From Candidatus Marinacidobacterales bacterium (GTDB lineage: Bacteria > Acidobacteriota > Vicinamibacteria > Marinacidobacterales > DATDRI01): 64,000 nt of DNA. The stretch spans positions 1,504,001 to 1,568,000 of the forward strand of contig OZ245365.1 in assembly GCA_965226495.1 (NCBI GenBank), read 5' to 3'. The position numbers and the translations under genes are program-made. Positions 58,887 through 64,000 of the stretch are shown here, in pieces (position 1 is the first letter of the stretch; the number at the start of each line of letters is the position of its first letter). The notes beneath the pieces are model-generated. The model did not search any database. It was not told where the DNA came from and was given only the letters and a program-made list of their open reading frames with translations.

Positions 58887-59963
58887 TCAACGTTGGTCTT
58901 TTCGGGCAGCGCGGATCAACGCATTTACCAGACGTTCGTTCTGGTCGGGGCGGCCAATTGCGATTCGCAACACACCTTCCAACCCCGTGTCATGACTGCG
59001 ATCGCTTACGATGATCCCCTGCTTAGCAAGCGTAGCGGCCAGTTCGGGGCTGTCATGCCCGGCGCGCAGCAGAAAGAAGTTGGTACGGGTGGACATCGCG
59101 TCGAATCCCAAGCCCCGCAGTGCCCCCACCAGCGACGACATCTCCTTCCGCACCAGCTGGACATGTGCGCGAAGGAAGTCTGGGTCCTCTAGCGCGGCAC
59201 ACGCTGCCACCAAGGCGGGCGTGCTCACTGAAAATGGCGTTCGGACCTTTAGCAGCGAGGCGACGACCTCTGCGTGCGCGACCACGAAGGCTACTCGTAA
59301 ACCTGCGAGGCCATATGCTTTGGAGAAGGTGCGCACGACGGCGAGGTTTGCCGGCCGGGAGCGAATAGAGAGGGTCGTCTCGCCGTGGTACTCCACGTAG
59401 GCCTCGTCGCAAACGACGAGCGTGTCGGGGGCCGCGCTGCAAAGCTTGGCGATCCAATCGATCTCCACCGCCGTGCCGGTGGGGTTATTAGGGTTCACGA
59501 TGATCGCCATCCGTGGTCGTGCCGCCATCGCTTCCAAGAACTCTTTCCGGGGGAACTGCAGGTCTTGCCGGTATGGAACGCGCTGGATGGTCTCCCCGGT
59601 CGTTTCGGCTTCGCTCAGAAACGTCACAAAGGTCGGATCGGGAAGCACCACCGTATCGTGCGGCTCTCTAAACACTTCGAACAGGAGAGAAATGCCTTCA
59701 TCTGCCCCTGCGGTGATCAGGATTTCGTCGGTCGGAATGTGCAAACGCTCGGAGAGCAGGTCGAGCAGCTGTTCATGGAACCCATAAAGCGACAAGGCTC
59801 GGCCATCATCTTCCAACAAAGGCAAGAGGGCGGCGAGAACCCGAGGCGAGGGGCCCCATTGGTTTTCGTTCATGTCCAAGCGGAGCTTGCCTTCTCGATG
59901 ATGGTCCGGGATCTCGACCGGTCGAGCGGCAGCGATGAGAGGGCGCGGAGGCGGAGGCTTCAC
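58887..59963 (-). CDS. hisC: histidinol-phosphate aminotransferase-like (class I/II PLP enzyme)
   Basis: LDMNEN.WGPSP, GADE, NPNNPTG, DEAY.EY and RTFSKAYGLAGLR. Confidence 0.8.
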   Translation of the reverse strand: MKPPPPRPLIAAARPVEIPDHHREGKLRLDMNENQWGPSPRVLAALLPLLEDDGRALSLYGFHEQLLDLLSERLHIPTDEILITAGADEGISLLFEVFREPHDTVVLPDPTFVTFLSEAETTGETIQRVPYRQDLQFPRKEFLEAMAARPRMAIIVNPNNPTGTAVEIDWIAKLCSAAPDTLVVCDEAYVEYHGETTLSIRSRPANLAVVRTFSKAYGLAGLRVAFVVAHAEVVASLLKVRTPFSVSTPALVAACAALEDPDFLRAHVQLVRKEMSSLVGALRGLGFDAMSTRTNFFLLRAGHDSPELAATLAKQGIIVSDRSHDTGLEGVLRIAIGRPDQNERLVNALIRAARKDQR

Positions 59964-60315
59964 TTCATGGGCCGTCTTTCCCGAGGAAGTGCTTAGATCT
60001 AGTTGCGTCGAAACTCACGACCGGTTCGTCCCCGACGGCGAGCTTGCTCTCGATTAGTTCGCCCCACTCCGGCTGCCAATTGTGCCACACGATGTTCCCT
60101 GCTAATCTGATTCTACTCCCAACGTTTCCTTGAGGTTCGTTGATGAAGCCCGTTCGTCCTTTGAGTCCCGGCAAGTTCCTGCGCCGGGAGCCCGATTGGG
60201 ACGCGATACGGCGGCTGCTGGAGCGACCGGTCGCGAAATGCTGTGCGTCGGAACCGCCATGCGAACTTTGTCCCTCCGCTCAACATTCCTCGTCGAAAGA
60301 GTCGCGGTCCGGCAA

Positions 60316-60822
60316 CTAGCGTTTGTAGCCGATGTCGCGGAGGAATTCCTTCCTCTTCTCGACGTCTTCATCTCTCTCGATGCCTAGGGGGGATGCTCCG
60401 TCAACCACACCGAGGATGGCTCGCCCCTCGCCGGCCGGTGCAACGAGAACCGTAACCGGGTTAGCCGTCGCACAATAGATTCCGCACACTTCTGGACATT
60501 CACGAATGCGTGGCAGGACGTTGATCGGATAGGCCTTCCTCATGATCAAGAGAAAGCAATGCCCGGCGGCAAGCGCCATCACGTTTTTGATCGCGAGCTG
60601 CTTGAGCTCTTCGTCATTCCCTTCGGCTCGTACTAGGCGGGGGCCGGAGGCTTCGCTAAAGGCGACTCCGAACGGAGCTCCCGGCACCGTCGTCACCATG
60701 ATCTCGTAGAGATCTTCTACGGTCTTGATGAAGTGCGATTGTCCGAGGATGATGTTCGTGTCGGAAGGGAACTCTAGTCTAACGTTTTGGATTTCCAACG
60801 CGGCACTCCATGAGTTCAGCAA
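60316..60822 (-). CDS. adenosine-specific kinase family (DUF355)
   Basis: N.ILGQSHFIKTVED, F.EASG, GH.F, YPINVL and ATANP..GRAILGVVDG. Confidence 0.9.
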   Translation of the reverse strand: MLNSWSAALEIQNVRLEFPSDTNIILGQSHFIKTVEDLYEIMVTTVPGAPFGVAFSEASGPRLVRAEGNDEELKQLAIKNVMALAAGHCFLLIMRKAYPINVLPRIRECPEVCGIYCATANPVTVLVAPAGEGRAILGVVDGASPLGIERDEDVEKRKEFLRDIGYKR

Positions 60823-60872
60823 CCACCGCTCTTGCCTGGCAGGAGCGAGGCCTCAGTCTAGTTGGAACGGAA

Positions 60873-61295
60873 CTAGGAAGTCTTTTCGCGGCGGCCTTTT
60901 TTCCCGGCGCCCGCTTTTTCGGCGGCGATCAGTATCTTTTCTCGAAGAATTAGGCGGGCGCGTCTCTCCTCGCCGGTGATGAAGCTGTAGACTTCTTTAG
61001 TTACGTGCTGAAGCAGTGCAACCTCCGGTTGGTCTACCTCGAGGACGATGAGGCCACCGCCGCCCGCGGTGGGACGGCTGAAGTCGATGTCCAGCAATTT
61101 ATCTCGGAGCGAGAGCCGCGCAGCGCGTTCCTTGACGGAGGATGGTTCGAATTCTCGCTTGGTAATCTTTCTGAGAAAATCGACCTCGCCGTAGGAAAAC
61201 ACTATTTCCACGGACTTGGCACGGTTCGGCTGTGCCGCAGGTTTGCTCTTACGGCTCGTTTTGCTACGGGTCGCTTTCTTCGTTTTCCTCGCCAC
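60873..61295 (-). CDS. hypothetical basic protein with an internal 32-aa duplication
   Basis: RBS AAAGGTGA before GTG; Lys/Arg-rich termini; two similar helical units. Confidence 0.7.
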   Translation of the reverse strand: MARKTKKATRSKTSRKSKPAAQPNRAKSVEIVFSYGEVDFLRKITKREFEPSSVKERAARLSLRDKLLDIDFSRPTAGGGGLIVLEVDQPEVALLQHVTKEVYSFITGEERRARLILREKILIAAEKAGAGKKGRREKTS

Positions 61296-61413
61296 GATTC
61301 ACCTTTCTCGCGGATGTTGATCCCCTGTTGCTCCGGTTGCAGACGCTCGGTCAGGGTAGGAGCTCTTGACCGCAAGCACAAGGGGCGCGACGGTTTCTCC
61401 CGAAAACCCGCCC

Positions 61414-61749
61414 CTAGCTCTCCTTGGTGTTCGACTCACCAATCTCCACGTCACCGTCCAGGGTCGCTCCTTCTTTGACGGTGAGCGTCTTGGCGCGAAA
61501 GGTGCCGGAAGCACGTCCCTGTTCCAAGAGTTGGAGTGAATCGGCTTGCACCTCTCCCTGAAAGCGGCCATCGATTTCGACCCGGTTGGCCTTGATCTTG
61601 GCGTCGATGTCGGAGCCGTCCACGATACGTAGCACACCCGAGGCTCGCAGATTTCCTTTGAATCGTCCGCGGATCGTGATGTTACTACCCTCGAGCTTGC
61701 CCTCGAAGCGGGCGTTGCGGTCGAGAATGGTTTCTTTATCGTCGTCCAC
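61414..61749 (-). CDS. bactofilin (second copy)
   Basis: ETIL...ARFEGKL...I.G.F.G......L.I..G..I.A.I.A..V.IDG.F.G.V.A..L.L...G...G...A..L.V.EGA.LDG. Confidence 0.9.
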   Translation of the reverse strand: MDDDKETILDRNARFEGKLEGSNITIRGRFKGNLRASGVLRIVDGSDIDAKIKANRVEIDGRFQGEVQADSLQLLEQGRASGTFRAKTLTVKEGATLDGDVEIGESNTKES

Positions 61750-61852
61750 GGGTACACTCCGGAAGGGTCGGTCAACAGAGTCCCTTCACGAGAGAATAGG
61801 GTCCAAAACTCGATGGATATCATTGCGCGCCTTGCGAGCGCTATGAAGAAAA

Positions 61853-61881
61853 ATGATACCTTGCCCTCGAAAACGTGTCAA
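61853..61881 (-). promoter_or_regulatory. sigma70-type promoter for the second bactofilin
   Basis: TTGACA-17 nt-TATCAT. Confidence 0.7.
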
Positions 61882-61943
61882 TTCGTGCGTTCGGGCGTCT
61901 CGGTGTCGCGAGAGTTCCCTCGGCAGGTTTTCTTGAACGGAAC

Positions 61944-62465
61944 TCAGTCGCTCGACTCCAGTGAGCCGGTGCGTACGAAACGCTCCACGTCCTCGCTGAG
62001 TCGATCGCCCACGGCGCCGAAGTACTTCTTGACGATGTAACCATCCTTGCCGATCAAGTACTTGGTGGGATAGCCGAGAAAGGGTCCGAACGCCTCCTTG
62101 GTACCCTCCTCGCCGAGTAGGTTGGGGTAGGTAACGCTCTGCTCCCTAATGAACTCCTCGATGTCTTTCCTATCTCCTGATTCCAGCACGATCCCCAACA
62201 TGAGGAACTCGTTCGGATCGAAGGAATCGGCGAGCTCTTGCAGATGGGGCAGCTCGGCTAGACAGGGAGCGCACCATGTGGCCCAAAGGTCTACTAACAC
62301 CACCGCCCCCTTATGATCTGCCAACGATAGCGTCCCTGTGTCGTTGAGCCTCTCCAAGACGAGATCAGGGGCCGGCCGGGGTTTCTCATCGACCGGGGGG
62401 GCCTGACAGGACTGACAGGCCCCCGCGACTAGTCCAACTGCCGCCAGCCAACTAAGCGCTCGCAT
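61944..62465 (-). CDS. TlpA-family thiol-disulfide oxidoreductase lipoprotein
   Basis: WATWCAPC, GYPT.YLI and an N-terminal lipobox. Confidence 0.93.
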   Translation of the reverse strand: MRALSWLAAVGLVAGACQSCQAPPVDEKPRPAPDLVLERLNDTGTLSLADHKGAVVLVDLWATWCAPCLAELPHLQELADSFDPNEFLMLGIVLESGDRKDIEEFIREQSVTYPNLLGEEGTKEAFGPFLGYPTKYLIGKDGYIVKKYFGAVGDRLSEDVERFVRTGSLESSD

Positions 62466-62526
62466 ATTTGCGCTCCTCCGTAGCGTTGATTTCCGAGGGG
62501 CGAAGGGCTAGGCTCTCCGCAGATTG

Positions 62527-63195
62527 ATGCCCCGCAAGTCGACCCTCCGCCAGTACCTCGAGTCGCTTCTTCTCTCGGTCGTGGTGGTTCTTTTCATTAG
62601 GGTCTTCTTGGGGGAGGCGGTGCAGATCCCGACCGGAAGCATGGAGGATACCCTGTTGCCGGGCGACCACCTCCTCATCAACAAATTCGCGTTTCGCTGG
62701 TACGGAGGCCAAGAGCCCGTTCGGTTCCTTCCCTTCGCCGAAGTCGTACGGAAGGACGTCGTCGTGTTCAAACACTGGGAGGCCGCTTCCGAACCCGCCT
62801 ACTACGTCAAACGGGTGGTAGCTTTGCCCGGTGAAACCGTCGAGATCTTGGAGAAACAAGTCTTCATCGATGGGGCGCCGCTTGATGAGCCTTATGCGGT
62901 TTTCAAAGAACCGACCAGAAGAGATCTGAGTCCGCGCGATAACTACGGCGCGGTCACCGTTCCTGGGGGTCACTTTTTCGTTCTCGGAGACAATCGGGAT
63001 CGAAGTTACGATAGTCGCTTCTGGGGGTTCCTCGCGCGAGACAAGATCGTTGGCAAACCACTCTTTGTGTGGTGGTCGATCGACGTGGCCAGGGGAGAGC
63101 ATTTGCCCATCGGCTTCACCGACCGCCTGGGCGGCATATTCACGCGCTTCTTCCGAGACACGCGGTGGGGCCGCACCGGCAAAGTGATCGGCTAA
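62527..63195 (+). CDS. lepB: signal peptidase I
   Basis: IPTGSMEDTL, YVKRVVALPG and GDNRD.S.DSRFWG. Confidence 0.95.
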   Translation: MPRKSTLRQYLESLLLSVVVVLFIRVFLGEAVQIPTGSMEDTLLPGDHLLINKFAFRWYGGQEPVRFLPFAEVVRKDVVVFKHWEAASEPAYYVKRVVALPGETVEILEKQVFIDGAPLDEPYAVFKEPTRRDLSPRDNYGAVTVPGGHFFVLGDNRDRSYDSRFWGFLARDKIVGKPLFVWWSIDVARGEHLPIGFTDRLGGIFTRFFRDTRWGRTGKVIG

Positions 63196-63212
63196 GAAGC
63201 ATCGTATCAACA

Positions 63213-63632
63213 TCAATCGACTTTCAGACCTCTCACATAGTGAACGAGCGCCCACCGCTCGTTGTCGGAGAGTTTCTTGCCGAAGGGAGGCATCGGTTTT
63301 TTCCCGACTGTCAACTTCCAGAATATACCCCCGTCCGCCATTTTCGATTGCACTGCGGCTGTGCTGATGTCGTGTGGCGCCGGCTTGACGAACTGTGTCG
63401 CCGGGCCGTCGCCTTTGCCGGTAGCACCGTGACACATCTCGCAGTTCTTCTTATAGAGATCCGAGCCCTCGGCGAGCACTTCCGAGGTAGATGGCAACGG
63501 GTTCGGTTTGGCTTTGGCTTCCTCCGGTACTTCCCAACTCGTGCCGTGATCGCCTTCCTCCTGCTGGCCGGTGTGGGCCAACGTTCCAACGCTCGCTAGC
63601 ACGATGAAGGAAATGGGGAGACCAACACGCAT
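63213..63632 (-). CDS. monoheme cytochrome c
   Basis: Signal peptide, CEMCH, distal MPPF and W.LV.YV; start ATG 63632. Confidence 0.92.
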   Translation of the reverse strand: MRVGLPISFIVLASVGTLAHTGQQEEGDHGTSWEVPEEAKAKPNPLPSTSEVLAEGSDLYKKNCEMCHGATGKGDGPATQFVKPAPHDISTAAVQSKMADGGIFWKLTVGKKPMPPFGKKLSDNERWALVHYVRGLKVD

Positions 63633-63740
63633 GTAAGAACCTTTCCCCCGACGAAAAAACCGAACGGGCCCAACCCGTGCGAGAGTGTCGTTGAGTGAGC
63701 GGATCATAACATGGGGAGCACTGGGAAGAGCCCGCTCTGT

Positions 63741-64000
63741 CTATCCGAGCACAGGGAGGAAGGTGAAGTAGCGCGACAGGGCTTGAAGCTTATCCGTAGC
63801 CACTAGGACCCCCACGACGACCAACAGGACTCCCGCCGTAATTTCGACGTATCTCATGTGTTTCTTCACGCGGCCGAAGAGGTCGAGGAAGCGGTTCGTG
63901 GCAAGGCCGGTAGCGATGAAGGGCACGCCGAGGCCGAGCGAGTAAGCGACTAGCAGTCCCACTCCTTGGGCGACAGTATCTTGCGTAGCCGCTAGGGCGA
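63741..64000 (-). CDS. ccdA: cytochrome c biogenesis protein CcdA, C-terminal part (truncated by window)
   Basis: LL.AYSLGLGVPF...G.LL...G; next to cytochrome c and TlpA. Confidence 0.85.
   Translation of the reverse strand, partial: ALAATQDTVAQGVGLLVAYSLGLGVPFIATGLATNRFLDLFGRVKKHMRYVEITAGVLLVVVGVLVATDKLQALSRYFTFLPVLG

Overview
Chromosomal, roughly 60% GC bacterial window, probably Acidobacteriota (Vicinamibacteria-like; an inference from gene content and intergenic repeat style). Much of it is housekeeping: Lhr fragment, nadK-tlyA-ispA-xseB-xseA-TIGR00282-lon-hsp20 block, thiI, lysA, ligA, fabI, lpxA, lepB, ccdA and several peptidases. I found no rRNA, tRNA, CRISPR array, prophage or intact transposase. 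Five things stand out. (1) A minus-strand locus at about 25.3-27.65 kb where a divergent CarD paralogue (Trp wedge and basic patch replaced by acidic residues, long acidic tail) lies between two apparently unannotated structured RNAs. One has a sigma70-type promoter, the other a sigma54-type promoter with an IHF-like site. (2) A DnaB paralogue that has lost Walker A and other catalytic residues. (3) A stand-alone PcrA/UvrD-type Tudor domain fused to a histone H1-like repeat tail. (4) PAPS-synthesis and PAP-recycling genes (sat-cysC, cysQ) between an outer-membrane beta-barrel and an AMIN-containing OPX protein, suggesting sulfated polysaccharide export. (5) A dispersed family of REP-like palindromes, one of which seems to supply a ribosome-binding site. 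All calls are by eye from motifs and manual base pairing; no searches or folding programs were run.
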